Assembly (NCBI GenBank): GCA_964527765.1
Contig: CAZGQR010000002.1
Location: forward strand, 50,986-114,985
Reading direction: 5' to 3'
Length of the DNA stretch: 64,000 nt
Source of the DNA: an uncultured Planctomycetia bacterium
GTDB taxonomy: Bacteria > Omnitrophota > Gorgyraeia > Tantalellales > Tantalellaceae
How positions within the stretch are numbered: the first letter of the stretch is position 1; the number at the start of each line of letters is the position of its first letter. The notes beneath the pieces were generated by a model that was given only the letters and a program-made list of their open reading frames with translations, did no database searches and was not told the origin of the DNA. Both the position numbers and the translations under genes were made by a program. Shown here piece after piece: positions 19,846 to 29,004 of this stretch.

Positions 19846-21048
19846 TTAAATGCTGCGGTGCCTGATGGCGTCTTCGCCGAACCTGTCCAGGATACGGTCA
19901 AGAGCTTTATGGAGCCTTTCCTTTTTTATCATCCGGTCGGAGCCCCGGTCGAACAGGTCTCCCTGATGCGAGGGATCGAGAAGATTCGATACGCGGACCC
20001 CGACCAGTCTTATCGCCTTGTTCCTTAGATCAAAGCTCTCCAGATTTCGCACGGATGTTCCATAGATGATGTCTACGAAGTTTGTGGATGTTTTGATCGT
20101 AGCGGATCTGGTATGGGTCCTGAAATCGGCAAATCTTATTTTCAACGTAACGGTCCGTCCTTTCAGTCCGGATTTGCGCAGGCGGCGGGAGACCTTTTCG
20201 CTCAGGAACATCAGTGTATCCATGATCTCGTTCTTTTCGAGGGTATCCCGTTCAAATGTGTGTTCATTGCTGATCGATTTCACGATGTCGGTTGTTTCCA
20301 CCCGGCGCGGATCGATACCGCCGGCAAGTTTCCAGGCATGCTCGCCGTTTTTTCCGAAGATGCCCTCAAGTTCCCTTACATTTTGTCTCGCCAGGTCGCC
20401 GATAGTATGGATCCCCATTTCTTTGAGCGCCGCGCGCGTCCTTTCACCGATGCCCCACAGCTTTTCCACCGGCAGGGGATGAAGGAAGCCCAGCAGGCCC
20501 TTTTGGTCCACCGCTATCATTCCGTCCGGCTTGCCGAGGTCCGAGGCTATTTTTGCGGTCATCTTGTTAGGCGCCAGCCCCACGGAAGCCGTGAGACCGG
20601 TCTCTTTTTTGATCGCGGTCTTGATCCTGCGGCAGGTCTCCAGCGGCGAGCCGAAAAGGCGCCAGCTGCCCGTTATATCCATGAAGGCCTCATCGATACT
20701 GACCGGCTCTATTTCGGGGGTGAACCTTTCCAGGATCCCGAATATCTTATGGGATATCCGGGCGTATTTCGCCATGTCTACCGGCAGGAACACCGCACCC
20801 GGACACCTTTTGTAAGCGGTTGAAATGGGAAGGGCGGAATGGATTCCGAATCTTCTGGCTTCGTATGAACAGGCCGCGACAACACCCCTGCCTTTCCCCC
20901 CTTTTGGATCTGCGCCTACAATGACCGGTTTGTCCCTGCAGGCGGGATTATCGCGCTGTTCTACGGACGCGAAAAAGGCGTCCATGTCGACATGGGCAAT
21001 GTATCTTTCCTTGGCGTTCATGGTATATTTGGCCGGTTTTATGGTCAT
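19846..21048 (-). CDS. dinB: DNA polymerase IV (Y-family translesion polymerase)
   Basis: YIAHVDMDAFFASVEQRDNP...; the 400 aa and domain order are typical of DinB. Confidence 0.9.
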   Translation of the reverse strand: MTIKPAKYTMNAKERYIAHVDMDAFFASVEQRDNPACRDKPVIVGADPKGGKGRGVVAACSYEARRFGIHSALPISTAYKRCPGAVFLPVDMAKYARISHKIFGILERFTPEIEPVSIDEAFMDITGSWRLFGSPLETCRRIKTAIKKETGLTASVGLAPNKMTAKIASDLGKPDGMIAVDQKGLLGFLHPLPVEKLWGIGERTRAALKEMGIHTIGDLARQNVRELEGIFGKNGEHAWKLAGGIDPRRVETTDIVKSISNEHTFERDTLEKNEIMDTLMFLSEKVSRRLRKSGLKGRTVTLKIRFADFRTHTRSATIKTSTNFVDIIYGTSVRNLESFDLRNKAIRLVGVRVSNLLDPSHQGDLFDRGSDRMIKKERLHKALDRILDRFGEDAIRHRSI

Positions 21049-21128
21049 TTAAGATTGTACCACAACATGTTGACAATGATCAGGATTTTACCTATAATTA
21101 AAATTCACCGGATGATTTTTAAGTACGC

Positions 21129-21540
21129 TCCCCGGTAGCTCAATGGTAGTAGCGACTGGCTGTAAATGAGGCCATGACTTATGGAGCGACAGCGAACATA
21201 AGTCATGCGACCGAATTTATCCCGAGCCATAAGTTTTGCGAAGCAAAACAAAATAATCTGGCGAGGGATGAATGTTGCAGCTTCCAAGGGAAACCTTGGT
21301 TGAAAAATTGGGTGAATTCAGGGAATCCTACGGCAGAAATGCTATGGAAACCGTGAGCAAAGCCTGCTGAAGAGACGTTGTGTAAGCAGGAATGTGCAGA
21401 GACTAAGGGATGAGGATCTCTACCAATAAGCCCTGCAAGCGCCCAATACCCTTAGGGGTAATGAGATAGTCCTACCCTTACGGAAACGTAAGAAGGTTGT
21501 AACCAGTAGGTTGTTGGTTCGAGTCCAACCCGGGGAGCCA
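21129..21540 (+). tRNA. Intron-containing tRNA gene, most consistent with tRNA-Asn(GUU). Exon 1 is 21129-21163; exon 2 is 21500-21540 and ends in CCA.
   Basis: Exons: TCCCCGG-TA-GCTC..AGC-G-ACTGG-CTGT | TAA-CCAGT-AGGTT-GTTGG-TTCGAGT-CCAAC-CCGGGGA-G-CCA. The joined exons give a 76-nt cloverleaf with anticodon loop CUGUUAA, a U1:A72 pair, G73 and a TTCGAGT T-loop, all features of bacterial tRNA-Asn. The 5' exon ends in U and the intron ends in G, as group I splicing requires. An alternative junction would give Thr(UGU). Confidence 0.6.
21164..21499 (+). ncRNA. Group I self-splicing intron (336 nt) inserted in the tRNA anticodon loop
   Basis: Contains the conserved core elements R (GTGCAGAGACTA, around 21394) and S (GAGATAGTCC, around 21461). 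A P9-like hairpin CTTACG-GAAA-CGTAAG lies just before the terminal G; a P1-like pairing is possible between the exon end and GGCCA near the intron 5' end. There is no homing-endonuclease ORF. Confidence 0.65.
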
Positions 21541-21547
21541 AATTTAA

Positions 21548-21586
21548 CCCCTTGCGATCAAATAGATCGCAAGGGGTTTTGTTTTT
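21548..21586 (+). terminator. Rho-independent terminator after the tRNA
   Basis: ACCCCTTGCGATC-AAATA-GATCGCAAGGGG followed by TTTTGTTTTT. Confidence 0.7.
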
Positions 21587-21627
21587 GAAACAAAAAATGA
21601 TATACTTGGGTAAAAAAGGAGGTAGAT

Positions 21628-22017
21628 ATGGATGCCGCGGTGTTTATCGCCAGGATTTTTGGCCTGCTTTATCTTGTCGCTGCTATAGGCATGATGGCGA
21701 ACAGGGAATTTTATCAGAAAGTCATGGAAGATTTCTGTAAAAATTCAACCCTGGTCCTTTATGGCGGGCTGCTCGCGCTTATTATGGGAGTCGTGATCAT
21801 CCTGATCCATAATGTATGGGTGGCTAACTGGACCGTGATAATCACGATCATAGGTTGGGCCGGGCTTATCAAGGGTATATGGATAATAGTCTTTCCAGGC
21901 ACGGTCTCCAGGTTCATGCAGGCCTACCAAAAAAATGAAAACCTGATAATGGTTCATTCGATCGCAGCGCTTATCCTTGGCGCTGTTTTGACTTTTTTTG
22001 GATTTTTCGCGGGATAA
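21628..22017 (+). CDS. Small hypothetical membrane protein (4 TM)
   Basis: 129 aa, strongly hydrophobic with coding periodicity; AAAGGAGG RBS upstream. Confidence 0.45.
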   Translation: MDAAVFIARIFGLLYLVAAIGMMANREFYQKVMEDFCKNSTLVLYGGLLALIMGVVIILIHNVWVANWTVIITIIGWAGLIKGIWIIVFPGTVSRFMQAYQKNENLIMVHSIAALILGAVLTFFGFFAG

Positions 22018-22070
22018 GGCACTTTCCCAAAAAACTCCGGGACTTGCAATCCCGGGGAACCGTTAAGTAA

Positions 22071-22096
22071 AAAAGCCGCCCTTGGCGGCTTTTTTA
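22071..22096 (+). terminator. Rho-independent terminator
   Basis: AAAAAGCCGCC-CTTG-GGCGGC followed by TTTTTTAT; a second hairpin CCGGGA..TCCCGG lies at 22036-22060. Confidence 0.7.
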
Positions 22097-22161
22097 TCCG
22101 GATCGCCTTCCCGGGCATATTTTATTTGGGATTTGCCGTTTTAATGGGTATAATTTAGCAT

Positions 22162-23901
22162 ATGAAAATACACAGGATCGGCAGATTAATATTTATCATA
22201 ATAACCCTGGGTATTTTTTCCATAATTTTCGAGGACGCGGCATTGCGGGTGCCGTTTCTCGGCCCTGTCGGCCACGCTCTTGATTTTGTCATTTTCTTCC
22301 TGTTCATATTCGCGTTCCTGGCGAGGCTCTCCAGGACCCGGAATAAAATAAAATTCATAAAGAGAAGCATTTTCGGAATAATCCTTATTACGGTCCTTTT
22401 CCTGTCGTTCATGTACGCCAAGTATTTCTATTTTTTTGTGGGATCGCACCCGTGGCACAAGATCCCCGTCAGTATTTTCCTGGTAGCGATCCTTTTCATC
22501 GCTCTCAATGCGTTCCTTCACATGGATAAGCTAAGGGCCTTTTTCCGTTATTTTTCCATACGCCCGGCCCGGACCATCTTTCTGAGTTTCATCATAGTGA
22601 TACTGGCAGGCACGGTGCTTTTGATGATGCCGTTCTCGGCCTCTTACCAAGTAAGGGTGGGGTTCATCGACGCCTTGTTCACGGCGACCTCCGCTATGTG
22701 CGTCACGGGGCTTGTCATAGGCAATACCGCCACCATGTTTTCCGGTTTTGGGAAATTGGTCATAATGCTCCTGATACAGACCGGAGGGCTCGGCATCATG
22801 ATCCTGGCGGTTTTTGTCGCGTTCCGTGTGGGGCGGAAACTGACTTCCCAGGACAAGATTGCAATGTCCCACATGCTGGATGACACCGGCATGAAAAACC
22901 TCGCCCAGCGCGTCAGGAACATCATTTCATTCACGGTTTTCTTCGAGGCATGCGGAGCTCTGTTTTTATTTGCCCCCTTCAAAGAGTCGGTCGGGGGGAG
23001 CATGAAAGCCGCGTTCTTTGCCGTGTTCCATTCGATCTCCGCTTTCTGTAATGCGGGTTTTGCGCTCTTTTCGGATAATCTGGAGCAATTCAGCTCTTCC
23101 GTTCCGGTCAACCTGACCGTGGCGGGTCTTATTATTGCGGGCGGCATCAGCTTTATCGTTATAAGCGACCTGTTCGGAAATCTTAAAGCCAGGGCCAAAA
23201 GAAGGTTTTTTCAGGGAAAGCAGAAACCATCGGGGCTGACCCTGAACACTAAAATAGTGCTCGCAGTGACTATTATCCTGCTTGTTTCAGGGACGCTGCT
23301 TATTTACGCCTTTGAATATGACTCCAATTTACGGTCGCTTGATATAAAAACGGGATGCCTGGAAGCTTTTTTTCAGACGGTGACCCTGCGCACGGCAGGC
23401 TTCAATACGATGGATATCTCCGGACTGCAGGGCGCCACATATTGCCTTATGATATTATTCATGTTCATAGGGGGCGCCGCCGGTTCTACTGCGGGCGGCA
23501 TCAAGGTAAACACCGTAGGGGTCTTATGGGCGCACATAAGATCCATTTTTGCCAACCGGGACGAAGTCGTGCTGATGAAACATTCGATACCTAAAAGCAT
23601 GATCAGCCAGGCTTTTTTAGTGGTGTTCCTGTCCCTGGGAGCCCTGTTTATTGGAGTCCTGATCCTGGCCCTGATCGAGCAGAGGGAAGTCATTAAGGTC
23701 GTATTTGAGGCTGTTTCCGCGTTCGGAACGGTGGGCCTCTCGACGGGTATAACCCCGCAGCTGGCCGGCGTAAGCAAAATAGTGATCATCCTCCTTATGA
23801 TCATCGGCAGGCTGGGGCCACTGACGCTTATTGCTATCCTTTCCGGAAAAGCCGAGCGCTCCCGCCTGGAATATCCTGTAGGGAAAGTCAACATAGGTTA
23901 G
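22162..23901 (+). CDS. trkH: TrkH/KtrB-family K+ transporter with an N-terminal extension of about 130 aa (extra TM helices)
   Basis: The core begins near RPARTIFLSFIIVILAGTVLLMMP; selectivity-filter-like GLVIGNTATM and TAGFNT are present; 579 aa versus about 450 typical. Confidence 0.75.
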   Translation: MKIHRIGRLIFIIITLGIFSIIFEDAALRVPFLGPVGHALDFVIFFLFIFAFLARLSRTRNKIKFIKRSIFGIILITVLFLSFMYAKYFYFFVGSHPWHKIPVSIFLVAILFIALNAFLHMDKLRAFFRYFSIRPARTIFLSFIIVILAGTVLLMMPFSASYQVRVGFIDALFTATSAMCVTGLVIGNTATMFSGFGKLVIMLLIQTGGLGIMILAVFVAFRVGRKLTSQDKIAMSHMLDDTGMKNLAQRVRNIISFTVFFEACGALFLFAPFKESVGGSMKAAFFAVFHSISAFCNAGFALFSDNLEQFSSSVPVNLTVAGLIIAGGISFIVISDLFGNLKARAKRRFFQGKQKPSGLTLNTKIVLAVTIILLVSGTLLIYAFEYDSNLRSLDIKTGCLEAFFQTVTLRTAGFNTMDISGLQGATYCLMILFMFIGGAAGSTAGGIKVNTVGVLWAHIRSIFANRDEVVLMKHSIPKSMISQAFLVVFLSLGALFIGVLILALIEQREVIKVVFEAVSAFGTVGLSTGITPQLAGVSKIVIILLMIIGRLGPLTLIAILSGKAERSRLEYPVGKVNIG

Positions 23902-23936
23902 TGACGGCAGTTGCGGATAAAGGAGGCGATTTGGTG

Positions 23937-24929
23937 ATGAAGAGGCGCAAGACCCTGATCGTGGACGGGAAAACAGTGAAAAGTCTGATCACTGTCAGGG
24001 GGGCGATAAGGGAAGTGGAGAAGGCCTTTAAGCTTTTTGGCGAAGGTAAGGTGCAGATGCCCCCTAAAGTCTACATACATCTTAATAAATATAAGGGGGA
24101 TTTTCGGGCAATGCCCGCGTATGTCGAGGGCCTGGAAAAGTGCAGTATAAAATGGGTGAACGTGCACCCCGAAAACAGAAAGAAAGCGCTCCCGACGGTC
24201 ATGGCGATCATAATACTGAGCGATCCGGCGAACGGTTTTCCGCTCTCTGTGATGGATGCCACATATGTGACAGCTTTAAGGACCGGGGCGGCAGGCGGTG
24301 TCGCGGCTAAATATCTTGCCAGGAAAGATTCAAAGAGCGTCGCCCTTGTCGGCTGCGGCGTACAGGCCCAGACCCAGCTCGCGGCTTTGAACGAGAATTT
24401 TAATATCGAACGCGTCAGGATATGGGGACACCTGCGCTCGGAAGCCGCCGGGTTCAAAAGAAAGGCAAGCGGGATCGGGGATTTTAAAATGGAGATCTCG
24501 AAGACGATCAAGTCGTGCGTCGAGGACAGCGACATAATAGTTACGACCACGCCTTCGCGCCGGCCGCTCGTCAGATCGGGGTGGCTCAAAAGAGGCGCGC
24601 ATGTAAACGCCATCGGGGCGGATGCAAAAGGCAAGCAGGAGCTGGATCCGAAGATATTGAAAAAAGCGAAGATCGTGGTAGACGCCTGGGAGCAGGCTTC
24701 GCACAGCGGCGAGATAAACGTGCCGCTTGCTGAGCGCCAGATATCGAAAAAGGACATATACGCCGATATCGGGGAAGTGGTCGCCGGCAAAAAGAAAGGA
24801 AGGACAAGCGGAAAAGAGATCACTGTTTTCGATTCGACCGGACTCGCCATACAGGACACGGCTGTCGCGAATGTTGTATATAGGGAAGCTAAAAGGCGCA
24901 GGAAAGGCCGGTATGTGAGTTTTCTGTAA
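23937..24929 (+). CDS. Ornithine cyclodeaminase/mu-crystallin-family protein
   Basis: Rossmann-like GCGVQAQTQL...; overall OCD_Mu_crystall layout; AAAGGAGG RBS before the ATG at 23937. The track ORF begins at 23901. Confidence 0.7.
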   Translation: MKRRKTLIVDGKTVKSLITVRGAIREVEKAFKLFGEGKVQMPPKVYIHLNKYKGDFRAMPAYVEGLEKCSIKWVNVHPENRKKALPTVMAIIILSDPANGFPLSVMDATYVTALRTGAAGGVAAKYLARKDSKSVALVGCGVQAQTQLAALNENFNIERVRIWGHLRSEAAGFKRKASGIGDFKMEISKTIKSCVEDSDIIVTTTPSRRPLVRSGWLKRGAHVNAIGADAKGKQELDPKILKKAKIVVDAWEQASHSGEINVPLAERQISKKDIYADIGEVVAGKKKGRTSGKEITVFDSTGLAIQDTAVANVVYREAKRRRKGRYVSFL

Positions 24930-24979
24930 TATCAGGGTTCTCACCGGCCGCCGCGCGCCGGGCAAGGCAGGAGACAGAT

Positions 24980-27109
24980 ATGGCAAAAATTAACCTTCCT
25001 AAAAAAGTCAGAAAAAGAGACGCCTCGGTTGTCAGATTCAACAGGGAAAAGATCCTAAAGGCGATCGAAAAGGCCGCGTTTGAAGTCCTGAAGAAAAAAG
25101 CCGATGCCCGTGCCGTATCTCAGACGGTGACCGACCGGGTGACCGATAAACTGTCCTCCCTGTATAAAGGTAAGATCCCGAGCGTCGAATCCATCCAGGA
25201 TATCGTGGAGATGGCCCTGATGAGCGAGGGGTACAGCCACATAGCCAGAAGCTATATCTTGCACCGGGAAAGGCATGCCGAGATCAGACAGGCGAAGTCG
25301 GCTCTGGGCCTCAAGGATGACCTGAAACTGCCGATAAATACCATAGAGGTATTGAAAAGAAGATATCTTCTGAAAGATGATAACAGGGATCTGGTAGAGA
25401 CCCCGAGCGAGCTCTTCAGGAGGGTGGCTTCGGCTGTTGCCCGGGCGGAGAAGGGCCTGAAGTCAGGGCCCGGCGTCAGGGAAACCGAAGAGAATTTCTA
25501 CGGGATGATGCGGGACCTGGAGTTCATGCCGAATTCGCCGACTCTCATGAACGCGGGCACTTCCCTGGGGCAGCTTTCCGCCTGTTTTGTCCTTCCGGTG
25601 GAGGATTCCATGGAAGGGATATTCGAAGCGCTGGGGAACATGGCCCGGATCCACCAGAGCGGAGGCGGCACCGGATTCAGTTTTTCAGGATTGAGGCCAA
25701 AAGGCGATCTTGTGAGCTCCACAAAGGGGGAGGCTTCCGGTCCGGTCTCGTTCATGAGCATATTTGACAAAGCCACGGGGATCATTGTCCAGGGCGGCAG
25801 AAGGCGCGGCGCCAACATGGGAATACTGCGCTGCGACCATCCCGACATCGTCGAGTTTATCGGAGCAAAGATAGAAAAGGACAAGTTCAGCAATTTTAAT
25901 CTGTCGGTGGGCATAACCGATAAGTTCATGGGAGCCGTCAGGAAGAACGGGGAATTTGACCTGGTGAATCCCCGCACCGGGCGAAGAGCGCGCAGGATAA
26001 AGGCAAGGGCCGTCTTTGATCTCATGGTCAACGCGGCCTGGAGGACAGGCGATCCGGGGCTGGTATTTCTGGACACGATAAACAGAAAAAACCCCACTCC
26101 GAGTATCGCAAGGATCGAAGCGACGAACCCCTGCGGGGAGCTGCCCCTCCTTCCGTATGAGAGCTGCAACCTGGCCTCTATAAATCTTGCGAAGATGGTG
26201 AAAGGGAGGTCCCCGGACTGGCGGAAGCTCGGGGACCGCGTGAGGTGGGGGATCCGGTTCCTGGATAATGTGATAGAGGTCAACAGGTTCCCTTTGGCGG
26301 AAATAAAAAGAATCACTTTCGCGAACAGGAAAGTAGGTCTCGGAGTAATGGGGTTTGCGGACATGCTTATAAAGCTGGGCATACCTTACGGTTCAAAAGG
26401 GGCCATCGAGCTTGCGGAAAAACTCATGCGGTTCATACACAGGCAGTCCATAAACGCCTCGGCGGGGCTGGCCGGGGAAAGAGGGGTTTTCCCGAATTTC
26501 AGAAAGTCCATCTACGCGAAAAGAAATTTGAGGCTGCGTAACGCCACGGTCAATACGATCGCTCCTACCGGCACGATAAGCATAATTGCCGGCTGTTCCA
26601 GCGGGATAGAGCCGCTGTTCGCCGTGAGTTTCGTGCGCAACGTGCTGTCCGGGGCGGAACTTTTTGAGGTCAACCCGATGTTCGAGAAGGCCGCCAGGGA
26701 AAAGGGCATTTACAGCAGGAAGATCCTCGCCGAGATCGCCGGAAAAGGTTCTTTAAAAGACATAAAAAATATCCCGGAGGGCCTGAAACGCGTTTTTGTC
26801 ACGGCGTTCGATATAAAAGCCGAAAAACACCTTCAGACCCAGGCAGCCTTCCAGAAGTATACGGATAATTCCGTTTCCAAGACGATAAACCTGCCTCCGG
26901 AGGCGACGATCGAGGACGTAGAGAAGATATACATGATGGCGCATAAATTAAAATGCAAGGGCATAACCGTTTACAGGTACGGGAGCAAGGATAACCAGGT
27001 GCTGACCTTCGGTTTCGGGGGGAAGGGCGGACAAGTAGGCGAGAGCGATTTACTTACCACCGATGCCGAATATTCCGGGGGATGCATGGCGCGCGCGTGC
27101 CCGTTTTAG
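24980..27109 (+). CDS. nrdJ: Adenosylcobalamin-dependent (class II) ribonucleotide reductase with N-terminal ATP-cone
   Basis: ATP-cone (VVRFNREKILKAIEKA), PTLMNAG, thiyl-radical region TNPCGELPL, and a C-terminal CxxC pair; 709 aa. Confidence 0.85.
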   Translation: MAKINLPKKVRKRDASVVRFNREKILKAIEKAAFEVLKKKADARAVSQTVTDRVTDKLSSLYKGKIPSVESIQDIVEMALMSEGYSHIARSYILHRERHAEIRQAKSALGLKDDLKLPINTIEVLKRRYLLKDDNRDLVETPSELFRRVASAVARAEKGLKSGPGVRETEENFYGMMRDLEFMPNSPTLMNAGTSLGQLSACFVLPVEDSMEGIFEALGNMARIHQSGGGTGFSFSGLRPKGDLVSSTKGEASGPVSFMSIFDKATGIIVQGGRRRGANMGILRCDHPDIVEFIGAKIEKDKFSNFNLSVGITDKFMGAVRKNGEFDLVNPRTGRRARRIKARAVFDLMVNAAWRTGDPGLVFLDTINRKNPTPSIARIEATNPCGELPLLPYESCNLASINLAKMVKGRSPDWRKLGDRVRWGIRFLDNVIEVNRFPLAEIKRITFANRKVGLGVMGFADMLIKLGIPYGSKGAIELAEKLMRFIHRQSINASAGLAGERGVFPNFRKSIYAKRNLRLRNATVNTIAPTGTISIIAGCSSGIEPLFAVSFVRNVLSGAELFEVNPMFEKAAREKGIYSRKILAEIAGKGSLKDIKNIPEGLKRVFVTAFDIKAEKHLQTQAAFQKYTDNSVSKTINLPPEATIEDVEKIYMMAHKLKCKGITVYRYGSKDNQVLTFGFGGKGGQVGESDLLTTDAEYSGGCMARACPF

Positions 27110-27163
27110 CGGGAGCGGCTCCCGGTCCAGCGGAAAATACGATAGCACGAGGGAGGTACGATC

Positions 27164-27598
27164 ATGAAATTAACGAGTCCGGAATTCGAAAATAAGGGAT
27201 CCATACCCTCAAAATTCACATGTGAGGGGGAAGACGTAAGCCCCGAACTTATTATCGATGATATCCCGCAAGATGCCGGGAGCCTGGCGCTGATCGTGGA
27301 TGATCCTGACGCCCCCATGGGGACCTGGGTCCACTGGGTGGTCTATGACATGCCCGCGATCTCAAAGATCGACGAGGGCGCTGTCCCGGGCAAACAGGGC
27401 ATCAACGATTTCGGAAAGAAAGACTACGGAGGGCCCTGTCCGCCGTCAGGGCGGCATCGCTACTTTTTCAAGCTATATGCCCTGGACAAGGAACTCGATC
27501 TGGATGAAGGGATCGACAAAAAAGCGCTGGAAAAAGCGATGGACGGGCATATACTCGCCCAGGCCGAACTGGTAGGGTTATATCAGCGCGGAAAATAG
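27164..27598 (+). CDS. YbhB/YbcL-family PEBP (Raf-kinase-inhibitor-like) protein
   Basis: LIVDDPDAP...WVHWVVYDM...GYGGPCPPSGRHRYFFKLYALD are classic PEBP motifs. Confidence 0.85.
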   Translation: MKLTSPEFENKGSIPSKFTCEGEDVSPELIIDDIPQDAGSLALIVDDPDAPMGTWVHWVVYDMPAISKIDEGAVPGKQGINDFGKKDYGGPCPPSGRHRYFFKLYALDKELDLDEGIDKKALEKAMDGHILAQAELVGLYQRGK

Positions 27599-27619
27599 AG
27601 CGGATTAGAGAGTCAAGGT

Positions 27620-27964
27620 ATGCATATTGACGCCTACTCATTCGGTTCCATGACAGTTAACGGCAGGACGTATACCTCGGATCTCATTGTCTTTCCTGAC
27701 AGGGTAGCTTCCGGCTGGTGGCGGATCGAGGGACACTCCCTGAGCGCGGAAGACCTGAAGGATGTCATAGTTTATAAGCCGGAAGTCCTGATCGTCGGCA
27801 AGGGCGCTTCCGGATGCATGAAGGTCCCCTTGTCCACGAGAAAAGCCCTGGAAGATAAGAACATCGAGATCATCGACAGGAATACGGGCGAAGCCTATGC
27901 CCTTTTTAATGAAGAGATCAAAAAGGGCAGGAGGGCTGTAGGCGCGTTCCATCTTACGTGTTAA
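27620..27964 (+). CDS. Mth938-like domain protein (DUF498)
   Basis: 114 aa; ...PEVLIVGKGASG...IEII pattern typical of the Mth938/NDUFAF3-like fold. Confidence 0.5.
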   Translation: MHIDAYSFGSMTVNGRTYTSDLIVFPDRVASGWWRIEGHSLSAEDLKDVIVYKPEVLIVGKGASGCMKVPLSTRKALEDKNIEIIDRNTGEAYALFNEEIKKGRRAVGAFHLTC

Positions 27965-28041
27965 ACCCGGCCTATTTCTTCAAGTCTTGAAAGAGCTTAC
28001 CGCCCCGGTTTATATATCCCGAGATTTACATGTTATTGCCC

Positions 28042-28091
28042 TTGACAGGGGAAAGAAAATGATGTAAAATTGATAATGGAAACCATTTTCA
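28042..28091 (+). promoter_or_regulatory. Sigma70 promoter (TTGACA-17-TAAAAT) with an overlapping Fur-box-like palindrome, upstream of the fur-family gene
   Basis: -35 TTGACA at 28042-28047, a 17-nt spacer, -10 TAAAAT at 28065-28070. Immediately after comes TGATAATGGAAACCATTTTCA at 28071-28091; GATAATGG...CCATTTTC is a near-perfect inverted repeat resembling the Fur consensus GATAATGATAATCATTATC. Confidence 0.6.
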
Positions 28092-28110
28092 ATAAGGAAG
28101 GCGGATAAAA

Positions 28111-28581
28111 ATGCCGGGGAGAAGAGTTACGGGCCTGCACCGGTGGCATGGAAGGTTCAGGGGGTGCGGCTACAGGATGACCGTTCCGAGGCAGGCGATA
28201 CTGGACGTTTTAACTAAGACATCCAAGCACCTGAGCGCCGAGGATATATACTTTGAAGTCCATAAGATCTATCCCCATGTCGGGCTTACAACGGTCTATC
28301 GCACGCTGGAACTTCTTGTCCAGATGGACCTGATCTTTAAGTTTGATTTCGGGGACGGCAGGGCGCGGTATGAACTGGCAGAAGGGCCGAAAGGCGCTCA
28401 TCACCACCATTTGATATGCGTGAAGTGTAAAAGGGTAATAGATTATACCGATTTCATGGATGAAGAGGCGGAGTTTCTGAAAAGAGCGGAGAAGGGCCTT
28501 GCCAAAAAGTATAAGTTCGAGGTAAAGGGCCATCTTATCCGATTTTACGGATTATGCGAGAAATGTAAAAGTAAAAAGTGA
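28111..28581 (+). CDS. fur: Fur-family metalloregulator (Fur/Zur/PerR type)
   Basis: DNA-binding helix region, HHHHLICVKCKRVIDY...GLCEKCK with both CxxC pairs; the actual start may be 28156 (MTVPRQAILDVL). Confidence 0.8.
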   Translation: MPGRRVTGLHRWHGRFRGCGYRMTVPRQAILDVLTKTSKHLSAEDIYFEVHKIYPHVGLTTVYRTLELLVQMDLIFKFDFGDGRARYELAEGPKGAHHHHLICVKCKRVIDYTDFMDEEAEFLKRAEKGLAKKYKFEVKGHLIRFYGLCEKCKSKK

Positions 28582-28588
28582 AGGGAAG

Positions 28589-28981
28589 GTGAGTACGATG
28601 CCAGGTGGAGACAGAACTGGTCCAAGGGGCTTAGGGCCCATGACGGGTAGAGCTGCCGGATATTGCGCCGGCTATTCCGTTCCCGGGTACATGAACCCGG
28701 TTACCGGAAGGGGATGGTTTGCTTATGGCAGAGGCCGCGGCGGCGGCCGCGGATGGCGGAACTGGTACTATGCCACGGGCATGCCCGGCTGGCAGAGAGC
28801 CGCGTACGGTTATCCGGCTTTTGGAGCGGGAACATATCCCTATCCGCCGGAACCGACGGTCGACGAGGAAAAAAGTATGCTGAAGGAAGAAGCGGAAATG
28901 CTCAAACAGCAGCTTGAGGACATCCAGGACCGTATAAGCACTCTCGAAAAAGCCCGGGATTCAGAAGAGAAAAAGAAGTAA
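28589..28981 (+). CDS. DUF5320-like Gly/Arg-rich small protein with C-terminal coiled coil
   Basis: MPGGDRTGPRGLGPMTGRAAGYCAGY...GRGRGGGRGW; KEEAEMLKQQLEDIQDRISTLEK coiled coil; strong GGAGG-type RBS. Confidence 0.55.
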   Translation: MSTMPGGDRTGPRGLGPMTGRAAGYCAGYSVPGYMNPVTGRGWFAYGRGRGGGRGWRNWYYATGMPGWQRAAYGYPAFGAGTYPYPPEPTVDEEKSMLKEEAEMLKQQLEDIQDRISTLEKARDSEEKKK

Positions 28982-29004
28982 GAGCTAAAGAGGAGGTATT
29001 TTCA

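Noticed and set aside
21174-21356. 60-aa ORF inside the group I intron (possible homing endonuclease?)
   Set aside because: It is far too short for a LAGLIDADG/GIY-YIG/HNH endonuclease, has no recognisable motif, and sits across conserved intron core elements.
25498-26382. 294-aa ORF on the - strand inside nrdJ
   Set aside because: Antisense to the strongly supported class II RNR; Ser/Pro/Arg-rich translation without domains.
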